Positions 1 through 14,490 of a stretch of DNA of 64,000 bases are shown one piece after another; positions within the stretch are counted from its first letter, which is position 1, and every line of letters begins with the position of its first letter. A program made the position numbers and the translations under genes. Source of the DNA: the human T2T-CHM13v2.0 reference genome, Homo sapiens; NCBI RefSeq assembly GCF_009914755.1, contig NC_060948.1; one strand, 5' to 3'. The notes below the pieces were generated by a model. That model saw only the letters and a list, made by a program, of their open reading frames with translations. It had not been told where the DNA came from and ran no database searches.

Positions 1-151
1 TTATCCAATGTTGTATTGGAGGTCACAGTGCAGTAATGCAACAAATTCTATTATGTAAGGTAAGGTGAGAATATTAAATCGATAGAGGTTAAGATTCCAT
101 ACTTGCAAATCATGTAGAAAATGCTTAGGTATATAAACAGCTATTAGTCTT

Positions 152-604
152 TGTATTAGTCTGTTCTTGCATTGTATTAGTCTGTTCTTGCATTGCTATA
201 AAGAAATACCTGAGACTGGGTAATTTATAAAGAAAAGAGTTTTAATTGGCTCATGGTTTGGCAGGTTGTACAGGAAGCATGATGCTGACATCTGCTTGGC
301 TTCTGGGGAGGCCTCAGGAAACTTACAATCAGAGCATAAGGTGAAGGGTAAGCAGGCTCATCTGACATGGCCGGAGCAGGAGGAAGAGAGAGAGGGAGGG
401 GAGATGCTATATTCTTCTAAATAACCAGATCTCACAAGAACTCACTATCATGAGAACAGCACCCAGGGGAATGGTGTTAAACCATTAATGAGAACTCTAC
501 TCCTATGATTTAATCACCACCCACCAGGCTCCACCTCCAACACTGGGGATTACAGTTTGACACGAGATTTAATGTTTCATGGGAACATAGATCCAAACCA
601 TATC
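152..604 (-). mobile_element. MaLR LTR (MST/THE1 type)
   Basis: Starts tgtattagtc...gctataaagaaatacctgagactgggtaatttataaag and ends aaaccatatca, the reverse complement of a MaLR LTR. The first ~22 bp are tandemly duplicated. Confidence 0.85.
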
Positions 605-826
605 AGTCTTTTATTTTTTTATTTTTACATTTAAAATTTTTATTTTTTCATCAGTTTTTGGGGTACAGGTGGTATTTGGTTAAATAAGTAAGCTTTTTAG
701 TGGTTATTTCTGAGCTTAATTAGTGAACTCAGCTTAGATACAGAATACAAGATCAATTACCAGTGTTAGTGCTATCTCAATATACTAGTTATAAACAAAC
801 AGAATTCTAAAGACCAACATACTATC

Positions 827-1570
827 TACTGGTTACTACAGTCAATAATAATTTAACTGTACATTTTAAAATAACTTATAGAGTATAATTGGATTGTTTG
901 CAACTCAAAGGATAAATGCTTGAGGGGTGGATATCCCATTCTTCATGATGTGCTTATTTCACATTGCATGCCTATATCAAAACATCTCATATACGCCATG
1001 AATATATACACCTACTGTGTACCCACAAAAATAAAAAAAATACCATCTACCATATCTACCATAATATCATAACACATAAAATATTCAGGATAAATTTAAT
1101 AAAAGTTGAGCAAAACCTCTACTCTGAAACTTTAAAATATTTCTAAAGGAAAATAAAGTATACTTAGGTAAATAAAATGATCTATCATGCTCATGGATTA
1201 GAAGACAATTATTAAATCTCATCTTCAACGATTATGCAGAGAGAGACCGCAATTCTAATCATATTTCCAGGAAACGTTGACAACGAATTCCTGAAATTTA
1301 CATGGAATTGCAAAGGACGTAGGACAGCCAAAACAACCCTTGAAAAACAAGAACAAAGAGAAGTCACATTAGCTGTTTTCAAGAGTTGTTATAAAGCTAC
1401 AGCCATCAAGACTGAACCAGGACCGCGTGGAGTCAGCGGCAGGACCTGATAATAGACTCCGGGAACAAAACTGAGTGTTCGGAAACAGACTCACACCCAC
1501 ATATGTACATATGGGGAAACGGAACAGTACCAAAGTAATTTTATGGGGAGAAGGAAAGACCTTCCAAAAA
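827..1570 (+). mobile_element. L1 fragments (L1MA-type 3' end, then older ORF2 remnant)
   Basis: ggataaatgcttgagggg...cacctactgtgtacccacaaaaataaaa is an L1 3' end. ORF 1234..1449 resembles decayed ORF2 (LKFTWNCK...YKATAIKT). Confidence 0.7.
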
Positions 1571-2119
1571 AAAATAATAATGGGGCCGAGATGGAGTAAG
1601 CCATCTGCAACTGCCGTCTGTCAATTACAGTAAAATTTCTGGACAAAATACAAAAAACCAAAATGCAAGCCCTTTAAGGAGCACACAATAGCAAGCACAC
1701 TGGGAACTAAAATCAAAACGTCATTAAGGCCCCATAAGAGGACTGAGTTTCCCATTTTTCCATGCTTGGTCTCCCAGCATTGAGCAGAAGGCAGACCCCG
1801 GCTTGGAATTGAGCAGTGAGTGCTGACAACATCACCTTAGGAGAAACCCCCTGCTTACAGCCAAAGGAAGGGCCTCCCATGCGCCAGAATGTGGAGGGAA
1901 TCCATGTTTCTTCCCCCTTTGCTTCTTCTTGCTCTCCTCTCTCTTGGCTAGTCCAAGTTCAGCAGCTGCACAGCGATGGAGGCGGTGGGGCAACTATAGG
2001 ACCATCAGCTCAACTCCAAGGCAAGATCTCTCCAGCCCTCACTCAGAGGAATGAGGAAAAGGGCCCCATTTCCTATAGAGTCTGAGGGAATACCTGTTGT
2101 CATTTTCTCTTTTTTTCCT

Positions 2120-2470
2120 TTCATTTTCTTTATTTTTAAAATCAAGTTACATTTTTTAAGTTGACAAATAATAATTGCACAGGCATATGGGGTAGGTAGC
2201 AGTGTTGACACATACACAACGTGGAGTGATCAGATCAGGGTAATTAGCACATCCATCATCTCAAACAGGTACCATTTCTGTGTATTGGGAACATTCAATA
2301 TCCTTTCTTCCAACCATTTGAAACTATATAATTTATTATTGTTAACTATAGTCATCCTACAGTGGTACAGAACAGGAGAATGTATTCCTCCTATCTAGCC
2401 ATAATTTTGTATTCTTTAACAAATCTCTCCCTATCCCTCTACCTCCCCTACCCTTCCCAGCCCCCTCTCT
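2120..2470 (-). mobile_element. L1MA 3' end fragment
   Basis: gatcagggtaattagcacatccatcatctcaaac and ttgttaactatagtcatcctacagtg are antisense L1MA 3' UTR motifs. Confidence 0.7.
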
Positions 2471-3129
2471 TTTATCTCTTGCTGCTTTACCCCAAAGGTA
2501 GCCCTGGTCACACAGAACAACATGTACTAATGGCGAGTGAACCTTTAGGAGAAACCTGTCTTTCTGACCAGAAGGGTCAGGTAAAAGGGCATTTGGGAGC
2601 CAGACTGTAGGGTAGGCTTGGCAGATTTTGGAAACAAAAATATAAGATTCTAAGTAAAATCAGAATTTCAGATAAACCTTGTTATATTTTTAAACTTGTT
2701 AATGTATTTTCCATGCAATATTTGGAAAAATATATATATATATATAAAACTAAAAATTCATTCATTATTTATCTGAACTGGTCATCTTGTATGTTATCTG
2801 GTGATTCCACATGGGGTTAATTCCAGAGAGGAAAGTGCTAGAGAAGGGTGTCCCCCATTTCTGTGGACAAACTCACTGGAGCCTGGTCTCACTCCAGAGC
2901 TGTGCATGCCTGGAAAGTCCCAAGGAAGCAGAGTAAAGACTTTGAGAACTTCACTGCCATTCAAGCCATCTCCCACTTCCAGCCTAACCTCCAAAGAATA
3001 CGTGTGCCAGGCCATCTCAAACAGCCCAGCAGAGCCTTTAGAAACTGATTTGTCATTGGAGCTGCCACACACAGAATGCAGAAACAAATGTAAGTCTGAA
3101 CCTAACCGATTGTATGGCAATTCAAACAT

Positions 3130-4290
3130 GGATTTAAAATAATTGGTGATCAAATAACAATTGGATATCTACATGGAAAAATAATACACCTGAAAGCATC
3201 AGATATGAAAACAGAATATCTGAAGTCATAAAACTTCTAGAGCAAAACAAAAGAATATGATATGATGCTGAGGTTGTCGAAGATTTCTCAGATTGGGTAC
3301 AAAATGCATTAATTACAATGGAATAGTTAACAAATTCTGTTTTAAAAAATAAAAAACTAAATTGTACTCATTAAAATGTCTCTAAAAATAAAAAATAACA
3401 CATGAATAGCAGGAAATAACTACACTACATACAACTGACCCACGTCTTGCCTTATAATTATGTATAAACAATTTCTATAACTTAAGAAAAAAATAATGAG
3501 ATAAGGGCTTACTCAGATACCGCACAGGGAAAGATATCACAATGGTCAAGAGAAAGTACTTACCATTGTTATTAATTAAAGAAGTGCAAATTTAAATACC
3601 AGAGAGATGCCACTACAATGACAAAAATTAAAGAGGCCAAGATGATCAAATTTTGGCAAAGCTGTGGAACGTCCACAACTCTCCCATGTTGTTGGTGGGG
3701 TTCATACATGGGGTTCATGCTTTCCAAAACATTTTGACAGTTTCCTATAAAGTTAAACATACACACACTATGATCCAGCAATTCCATTCATAAGTAATGA
3801 TCTAAGAGAAAGAAAAATCTATGTCTACACAAAGACTTGTTCTTGCAAGTCTTTTTCATAACAGCCACACACTGTATAAAATGTAACATCCATCCACAGG
3901 AGGATGGATGAGCAAAGGGAGGTACATCTGTGCACTAACTGCTTCTCAGGAGTAGGAAACAATGAACCATGCATGGATACACACCGTGGCATGGGTGAGT
4001 CTCAAGATCACTGTGCTTGAGGGAAATAAGGAAAACACAAAAGAGAACCTGCTGTGAGAGTATATTTCCTGGGTATTCAACAACAAGCAAAATTAACCTA
4101 TGGTGAAAGAATCGATCAATTGTTGCCTCTGGGGCAAAGGGTAAGGAGAAATTAATTAGGCAGGTTCACAAGGGAAGCTTCCGGGTGATGGAGTGTTCTG
4201 TGTTTTGACATGGGTATATATGACAGGTATATGAATTTGATGGAATTTCCCAAATGATAGCACTATGTCAATTAAAAAAAATAGAAACAT
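3130..4290 (+). mobile_element. Ancient L1M 3' ORF2/UTR fragment
   Basis: tatgatccagcaattccattc and atctatgtctacacaaagacttg are old-L1 3' motifs. Confidence 0.6.
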
Positions 4291-4302
4291 TGAAAATGGG
4301 AC

Positions 4303-4750
4303 TGATATGGTTTGGCTGCCTCACCACCCAAATCTCAACTTGAATTGTATCTCCCAGCAGTCCTGCGTGTTGTGGGAGGAGCTCAGGGGGAGGTAATTGA
4401 ATCATGGTGGCCGGTCTTTCCTGTGCTTTTCTTGTGATAGTGAATAAGTCTCACAGGACCTGATGGTTTTATCAGGGGTTTCTGCTTTTTCTTCTTCCTC
4501 ATTTTCTCTTGCTGCTACCATGTAAAAAGTGCCTTTTGCCTCTCACCGTGACTCTGAGGCATCCCTAGCCATGTGGAAATGTAAGTCTAAGTAAACTTTT
4601 TCTTCCCAGTCTCAAGTATGTCTTTATCAGCAGCATGAAAACGGACTAATAAGGTAAATTGGTACCAACAGAGTGAGGAGTTGCTGAATAGTTACCTGAA
4701 AAATGTGGAAGCGACATTGGAACTGGGTAACAGGCAGAGGTTGGAACAGC
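4303..4750 (+). mobile_element. THE1 LTR plus start of THE1 internal region
   Basis: tgatatggtttggctg...cagcatgaaaacggactaata, followed by gtaaattggtacc...ggaactgggtaacaggcagaggttggaacag. Confidence 0.85.
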
Positions 4751-5497
4751 ATTTTCAGCTTCAGTTCCATGATGAAATCATTGTCTGGCTGTACTGTTAA
4801 GTGAAGAGCATTAGAGAGCAATAGAAGCTCACATCATTGTGAGGTCAACATTAGCGCATGGACAGGGTGGGACAGAGCTTTTCAGTGGCATATATCACAC
4901 TGCCAATATAGATCCTCACTGAGGTTACCAAAAATGTTACTCTCTGTGTGCTTCTGTAAGGCTTGAATAATTGTTACTCAATCTTGGATTACTGTTGTCA
5001 CCAGGAAAAAATTGAAGAATAAAAACCATCTGTCTTGAGGCAAATTGTTAAATATACCCAAGTCAGTTTACTTAAAAAGTAATCTAGGACTTGTTTTAAA
5101 ATAACTGAGTGGGGCAGGGGACGGGTCAGGTTTGGAGAGGGTAACAGGTGAAATGGAATTAGCTGTCTTTTGTAGTGGTTGGAGCTGCACGATGAAAACA
5201 TGGTGATCACTATAGTAGTCCCTCCACCTTTGTGCATGTCTCACAAGTTTCAAAACCCTCTCACTTTGTAGGATGTCAGAAACCACTCCTACAGGATAGA
5301 TGGACCTGAGTACATCATGCTTAAGTGAAACAAGCCAGTCACAGAAGGACAAATGCTGCCAAATTCTACTTTTATGAAATATCTAAAATAGTTAAACTCA
5401 CAGAAAGTAGAATGGTCATTGCTAGGGGCTGGGGGAGGGGAAAATGGGGAATTGAGGTGCAATGGGCATGGAGTTTCAGTCATACAAGATGAGAAAG

Positions 5498-6035
5498 TGA
5501 ATTAGTGTTCTCTAGAGGGACAGAACTAATAGGATAGATGTATACATGAAGGGAGTTTACTAAGGAGTATTGACTCACATGATCACAAGGTGAAGTCCCA
5601 TGATAGCCCGTCTACAAGCTGAGGAGCCAGGAAGCCAGTCCAAGTCCTAAAACCTCAAAAGTAGGGAAGCCCACAGCACAGCCTTCAGTCTGTCTGTGGC
5701 CAAAGGCCAGAGACCCCCTGGCGAAACACTGGTGTAAGTCCAAGAGTCCAAAAGCTGAAGAACTTGGAGTCTGATGTTTGAGGAAGCTTCCGGCAGAGGA
5801 GAAACATGGAGGCCAGAAGACTCAGCAAGTCAGCTTCTCCCACCTCCTTCTGCCTGATTTGTTCTAGCCATGCTGGCAGCCAACTGGATGGTGCCCACCC
5901 AGACTGAGGGTTGGTCTGCCTCTCCCAGTGCACTGACTCAAATGTTAATCTCCTTTGTCAACACCCTCACAGACACACCTGGGAACAATACTTTACATCC
6001 TTCAATCCAATCAAGTTGACAATCTTAACCATCCC
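5498..6035 (-). mobile_element. MLT2 (ERVL) LTR nested in an L1MB 3' fragment (~5290-6160)
   Basis: gttctctagagggacagaactaatagg...caatccaatcaagttgaca. L1MB text (gagtttcagt...gatgagaaag / gttaacaatac) resumes on both sides. Confidence 0.75.
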
Positions 6036-7231
6036 AGAAAGTTGTAAGGATCCACTATAGCACAATGGGCATGTAGTTAACAATACCGTACCATGCACCT
6101 CAACATTTGTTAAGAGTGTATATGTCGTGTCATGTGGGTTTTACCACAAGTTTAAAAATACTCCTGAGTATCTTATTCCATGTAATCAACACCTTAGCAA
6201 ACCTTAGTACTTCACTGCCCTTTCCTGGCTGCATGGCGTATCAGAGAACGTGTGGGCTTTGGAGTCAGACAAGCTTCGGTTCAAGTACTAGGTGATCTGG
6301 AACAGGTTACTTACCCTGGCTGGTCCTCAGGGTCATCTTTTGTAAACTCAGGATGGAATAAGACAGCCCCATCTATCTTCCAGCACCATTCTAAGGATGA
6401 CTCATAGGCATTTCTCAGTCCTGGCAGTGATTATTATTTTTTGATTAGCATGTAGCCCACTGCCTGGACCATAGTAGATGCTCAATAAATGTTTGTTGAA
6501 TGAATAATTTAATTCATTAATGAATTTTTATTTTATTTTACCCTGCTCCTTACCAATTTTTTAGTGCAATTACTCTTATCTAGTTTTGAGTTGTATCCAA
6601 ATTCTCAGTCTACTTAAGATTCAAAATTACATATCAGCTTGCTGGGCTAGCACTTTTCCTTACATCTCTCCCTGAAGGGTCCTCAGTTCTGTTTCTTTTC
6701 TATGTGTCTTTTTTCCCACTTCCATGGACCTGTGTCCAGGGCCCCTTGCCCCCAAAGCCCTTCAACTAGTTATTCTCCAGCAGAACATTTTTCTGCCAGT
6801 AAAAATATTTTCTTTCAGGAATTGGCTAAAAGCTGTTTTCACAAAAACTTCCCTATATGAATTGAGCTTATAATTAACTTACTCTTTCTTAGGACTTCTG
6901 CAGAACTTATGTACACCTAAAGCATACCAATTCACACTTGGTTCTGGGGTCTAGAGTAGAGTCACAGAAACATGACTCCTGTCATGAATACAAGCTAGGA
7001 TGTGGTCCCTAAAGTAGGAGATGTGTCTCGAATGCCCCTTCAATCCTCGTGCAGTGTCTACTATGGTGCTTCCACAGCATTGAGCAGCAGTCCTTAGGAG
7101 AGTGGAGTTTAGAATTTGATCTTTGCAGACCTGAGTTTTAATCCTGGCTCTATAACCTATAAGCAGTATAAGAAAGGTACCCAAACTGTCTGTTTCATTT
7201 GTCCAGTGGGGACACTACACATTTTACAGGG

Positions 7232-8000
<769 letters not shown>

Positions 8001-9910
8001 TAGGAGTAATGTGAGGGAGAAATGAGGTCGTGCATGGGGAGCATTTCACACCCTGCCTGACACATGCCCAGGTCCAATAGGCTGCAGCTGCAGTTATTCT
8101 AGACCTTAGCATCAGTGATCAAAACAGCGGAAGGCCTTCCCTCTGGTACCCAGCCATCACGTTGAGCTTCTCCTGTCATTTTTCAATTCCAGAGTGTTTT
8201 TTGAGAGCAATTATGTGTCCCGTGTATCACTGACATGGGGGTCAAAAACAATCCGTATGCGTGGGGATCTGAAGCTGGGAATGAGCAAATGTCAGAAATA
8301 GGAGTCAGGAGCAGAGGAAGCTGCATGGTCAAGGGGAATCGACATGAGCCTTCCTGCCATGTGCCGTATTTCCTGCGGTCTAATGAGACAGAGACATATG
8401 TATGTATACATCATCTCATGCTTAGCTCTTTAATATGTACAAGGTGTTTTCAAATTTTCCCACCAACTGTTTCGACAGTTGAGAATCTCAAGAACACCTG
8501 CTGTTCATGACTGTTGTCAAGGGGATCCTCCCTTTAGGGACACAGGAAGATTTGCCTATAATGCCAGGAAGCTTTGATATCTATTATTTTATTACAAAAA
8601 TCAACTACAGCTTTGCTGCTATATTACTTCGGGTCTTTACTCTTTCCACTGTTTATTTTAAGCCTCAGCTTGTGGATAGTTGGAGAAGGAGGGAAAATAT
8701 TTAACACTCTTATTAACTAATTTAACTATGTATATAACATGTAGAATGAAGAAAGACTTAAAGGAAGAGGTAGTATTTGTGAATGCTCCAACAAATTAAA
8801 AGATTATTTAAATTATTGATTTCTGATTAAACCATTTATTATCTATAATGAATTAAAGCAGTTTGTGAAAATAAATTCAGTGACATTTTTGCATCTGTAA
8901 CTTCAAAATCATAGTCACTTTTCAAAGCCAAAAATTCCTGAAGCAGAAGTCTGCCAATCATCACAATAAAACATGAAGCCCTAGTCAGGATGGGTTCCCA
9001 ACAAATAGCAGTTGAAGCTCCAACTGCCATGAAATCATGAAAGAAACACGGTTTAAGTGCCATGGATAATTTTTTTCAATGCCAAAAGAATCATCACAGA
9101 CTGTTTTGCGTTGCAGAGTTTGAATGGAAACACAGCATTAAAATAAGGTGCACAAAATTAATTCTTGAATATAATTTTAAAATAAAATGCAATGTTGCTC
9201 CACAATATTCATCAAATCCAAAAGTGGCCACTGACAAGATTCAGTTTATTTCAGTTTTTATGCTGTCATTATGTAAAAAAACTATAGCAGGAAGTTCACA
9301 AATTTCCCTTTGGAAAGAGATACACAACCACAGACAATAGGCTTTCTTAAAAGACAGCAGCTTTTCATTCCGACTTGTTTCCCATCCATAACATGCAAGT
9401 ATTTATTGTTCAGGGTCAATACAGCCTTGCAAATAAACAGGCTTTGAGTTATACCAAGCATGCTCATTCTTATATGGTATTTCCATATAAGAAATACAAA
9501 AGAAATATACCACAAAATGATGGTGCTCAGGCCATGGGGCAACGCCGTTTCTGTGGTACAGCGTCCTAGGTTTCCTAAGATTCCATAGGAGGCAGCTACA
9601 AGTTCGACATGCAAAGCTCTGAAATCTCTCCCTAAGCTAATGAAGTGAAGCCATGACTGCACGAAGGAAAGGATGAAACAGAACTAATTTATTGTTTCTC
9701 AAATGATGCTACCATCTCTTCTAAGCCGCCATTAATTTAACATCTTTAAAGCTATAAGAACAATCTATGTAATAAGTGAAAACTGCCTATAAAATTAGTG
9801 CTTTACATCTCAAACCCTTATTATACGGAAATTCATATTTTCAGAATCACATAAAAGTTTAACGTGCTATTCATTGTAAGATTTAAGGACATGAGTTATT
9901 CTGTCCGTGT

Positions 9911-11090
9911 AATTACTAACAACTGGAAATTAAATCGTGATGATTTTGTACTTTATTCTTCTTAAAATGATAATTTCCTTTCTCCTTTTTCCTGAGAAAC
10001 ATGCTTCAACAATACTAACAGCTTACCTTCCAAAATAAATGATCACATATAGAATAGTTTATATATAATATATATTTATATTTATACATTATATATTTAT
10101 GTATTATATAAATATAAATATGCTTACATATTTTATAGATGTCTAAATATTTATATAGAATATAAATATTTATATATAAACTATATGTGAAATTTATCTA
10201 TATAAATATATAAAATAGATATATAAATACATAAATATATATTATATGTATATAATAGAGACAAATATGAATTATATACACATATACACATTAGAAGCGC
10301 AACGATCTTTTCTGTATATAGTAAAGACATGTGTGTTTATATAAAAACCTGTGTATTTATATAAATATAAATACAGATTATATATATACACACATTAGGA
10401 ATACAGTAGTAAATTCTACCATATATAGAAAAGAACTGTGCATTTGTATAATTATATATAAATGTAGATTACATATATGCACAATAGAAATACACCGGTC
10501 TCTTCCATAAATAGAAAGTTCTACTATATCATACTCTCATTGCAATTATTGACAGCTGGGTATTCCATCGTGATAATTTTGTACTTTATTCTTCTAAAAG
10601 TGATAATTTCCTTTCTCTTTTTGCCTGTGAACCATGCTTCAACAATCATAACACCTTAACTTCTAAAATAAATGATTATATATAATATATACATATAAAT
10701 ATGTTTTATATAGATATTTATATATAAAATATATATCTATATATCAATATTTCTATATACAATCTATATATAAATATAAAAATATGAAAATACATGTTAA
10801 TATATAAATATATGGTAGGTTCTAGTATACATAGAAAAGACCTGTGTATTACTAAAGTGTGTATATATAATATATATTCATATATATTCATATTTATGTA
10901 TTTTATATATAAAGATAAATTCCATATTTGTATGTTTGTATTTATATATTTCATATATAAATACATAGGTTTGCCTACAATAAATATAATTGTATATTTT
11001 ACTTACATATATTTATGTATATTTGTATATAGTAAATTCTACTATATACAGAAAAGTCCTGTGTATTTCTAATATATGGAAATATGAAAT
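9911..11090. repeat. Degenerate tandem duplication (~630-bp period) with (TA)-rich low complexity
   Basis: The block atcgtgatgattttgtactttattcttc...catgcttcaacaat...aaaataaatgat occurs at ~9934 and again at ~10568. Confidence 0.85.
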
Positions 11091-11424
11091 CTACTTCTTG
11101 TCTCCACAGTTGCAAAAAGGCTTTTTTCAAGTAGATAGATATTGCTCTACTTTGAATTTTTCTTCTTAATTATATTAGATTGTAGGGAGGGGACCCTGAA
11201 AGGAAAGAGATGGAAACCATTGTACCATCAGTTTATATTGAGGAAAAGGTATTTTAACAATGAAACCTAAGTAGGTAGAATCCAGATCCTGGTACTTGGT
11301 GCTTGTGCTGGCAGGATTGCAAGAAAAAATAAACCCTAAATGAAGCAGAGTCATCCTGTGAGGGGGAAATTTGTCTCCAGTGCTCAGCCATGACGCAAAC
11401 CTTATGCTCCTGTCTGGCAAACTG

Positions 11425-12362
11425 TGACCTCTCCCTCTGCCCTCAAGCCCGCAAGACCCCACTTCCCTCCCTCCCCGCACAACACCTCTTCCTTCCTTCT
11501 TTCGTTTCTCGCTCCCCACTCACCACCTCTTCCCCCCTTCCTCCCTCCCCACAGGCCACCTCTTCCTCTCTCCCTCCCAACACACCACCTCTTCCTCCCT
11601 CCCTCCCTGCATACCACCTTTTTCTCCCTCTCTCCCCACACACCACCTCTTCCACCCTTCCTCCCTCCCCACAGGCCACCTCTTCCTCCCTCCCTCCCTA
11701 CACACCACCTCTTTCTCCCTCTCTCACTCCCCACCCACCTTCTGTTCCTCCCTGCCTCCCGACCCACCACCTCTTCCTACCTCCCCGCCACACACCTTTT
11801 CCTCCCTCCCTCCCTACACACCACGTATTCCTGTCTCCCTCCCCACACACCACGTCTTCCCCCCTGTCTCCCTCCTGACACACCTCTTCTTCCTCCCTCC
11901 CTCCCCACACACCTCTTCTTCCTCCATCCCTTCCCACACACCTCTTCCTCCCTCCCTCCCCACACACCTCATCTTCCTCCCTCCCTCCCACCCCACACAC
12001 CACCTCTTCCTCACTCCCTCCCCACCCACCACCTCTTCCTCCCTCCCCACACACCACCTCTTCCTCACTCCCTCCCCACCCACCCCTTCCTCCCTCCCCA
12101 CACCACTTCTTCCCTCCCTCCCCACAAACCTCCTCTTCCTCCCTCCCTGCCCACCCACCACCTCTGCCTCCCTCCCTCCCTCCCTACACACCACCTCTTC
12201 CCGCCTGCCTCCCTCCTGACACACTTCTTCCCTCCCTCCCCACACACCACCTCTTCCTCCCTCCCTCCCCACACACCACCTCTTCCTTCCTCCCTCCCCA
12301 CCCACCACCTCTGCCTCCCTCCCTCCCCACACACCTCTTACCCCCCCCTCCCTCCCTCCTCA
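11425..12362. repeat. C-rich strand-asymmetric minisatellite, ~26-30 bp unit (RU2-type VNTR of the VCX/VCY S232 repeat)
   Basis: Repeated cacaccacctcttcctccctccctcccc with almost no G on the + strand; begins about 50 bp past the VCY AATAAA signal. Confidence 0.9.
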
Positions 12363-12409
12363 CCATCAGAGAACACGGAGTCACTCAGATCGGTTTGCAA
12401 CACATTCAT

Positions 12410-12415
12410 TTTATT
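12410..12415 (-). terminator. Polyadenylation signal of VCY
   Basis: tttatt on + equals AATAAA on -, about 75 nt after the VCY stop codon. Confidence 0.8.
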
Positions 12416-12488
12416 GTCATCAACATGGGAAGCACCCTGCTGGTGAGATCTCTGAGGTCTGGCAGCTGGGCCTAAACTTAGTTGCTGC

Positions 12489-13290
<802 letters not shown>

Positions 13291-13820
13291 CATCTAATGA
13301 GGAAGGCAGGGTGCTCTAGTTGGAGAAAGGGAGATTTGGGTTAGCACCCCTAAAGATAGTTCCCAAACTGACATGTCGCCCCTCCTAAACTCCCCATGTT
13401 CAGTTTTGGCAGATCATGTGGCAAGGGAGGATATTTCCCCCACATGTTTCCCCCGGAACCCCCATTCAGTGGTACATTCTGTTCCTCCACAACTACCATC
13501 ATTACCCAGTTTCTGTATGTCCTACCTAAAATCCCTCCATGCTAACTGGGATGGATGGAGGGCTGTACGAAGACGTCAGTCATCCCTCTCTCCTACAAAT
13601 TCCTCTGCTACACCTTGAGGATCATTCACTTCTTGGCTGCCATGGAACAACTTTTCCATCTCACATGCTTCTCCCAGCATCCACATAGTGCCTCACAATT
13701 TTTCATTCTCATGGTTTAAAGCACTGGCTTCCAGAGGTCAAGATTAGCAAACACACTAGCTCAGCTGGGTATCTGTATCGGGCTGGGTTCCTCAGAGAAG
13801 GAGAAACTAAACCAAACAGG

Positions 13821-13826
<6 letters not shown>

Positions 13827-13873
<47 letters not shown>
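13827..13873. repeat. (TG)n microsatellite, ~23 units
   Basis: Perfect TG run. Confidence 0.95.
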
Positions 13874-13878
<5 letters not shown>

Positions 13879-14029
13879 TATATATCATAAATATGTATTT
13901 ACTACCATGTAGTATTTATTTATGAATAATATTATATATGAGATACAGTTTATTCTAAACAATTGGCTCACACATTCACACAATGTGGGGGTCTAGGCAG
14001 CTGAAATGTATAGGGCAAGTGAGCATCCT

Positions 14030-14490
14030 GGAAACTAAAAGTTTCTGCACAGCCAACAATCAACACAATGAAAAGGCACGCTATGGTTTGGGAGAAGCTA
14101 TTTGCGAACCATATATCTAATAATGAGTTAATATCCAAAGTATATAAAGAACTCACATAGCTCAATAGCAAATAAATAGTATGGTTAACAAATAGGCAAA
14201 GGACTTGAATAGGCATTTCTAGAAAGAAAACACACAACTGGCCAACAGGTATATGAAAATGTGCTCAACATCGTTAATAATCAGAGAATGCAAATGATAA
14301 CCACAATGAACTATCACCTCACTGTTACATGCTGTTGACAGACGTGTAATTGGCACAGCCGTTATAAAAAATAGTATAATTGTTCCTTGGAAAATCAAAA
14401 TAGATCTACCATACGACCCAGCAGCTCATCTGTTGAGTATGTACCCCACCCCTGAAATGAAGTCCACATCTCATACAGATATCTCCAGTA
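14030..14490 (+). mobile_element. Old L1 ORF2 3' fragment
   Basis: gtttctgcacagcc...tgggagaagctatttgcgaacc...ggccaacaggtatatgaaaatgtgctcaacatc. Confidence 0.75.

Noticed and set aside
11425-12362. CRISPR-like array
   Set aside because: No unique spacers and no cas genes; this is primate DNA with a degenerate VNTR.
11175-12446. Many long overlapping ORFs (up to 340 aa, Pro/His/Leu- or Gly/Arg-rich)
   Set aside because: Artefacts of the stop-poor C-rich minisatellite; open in several frames on both strands.
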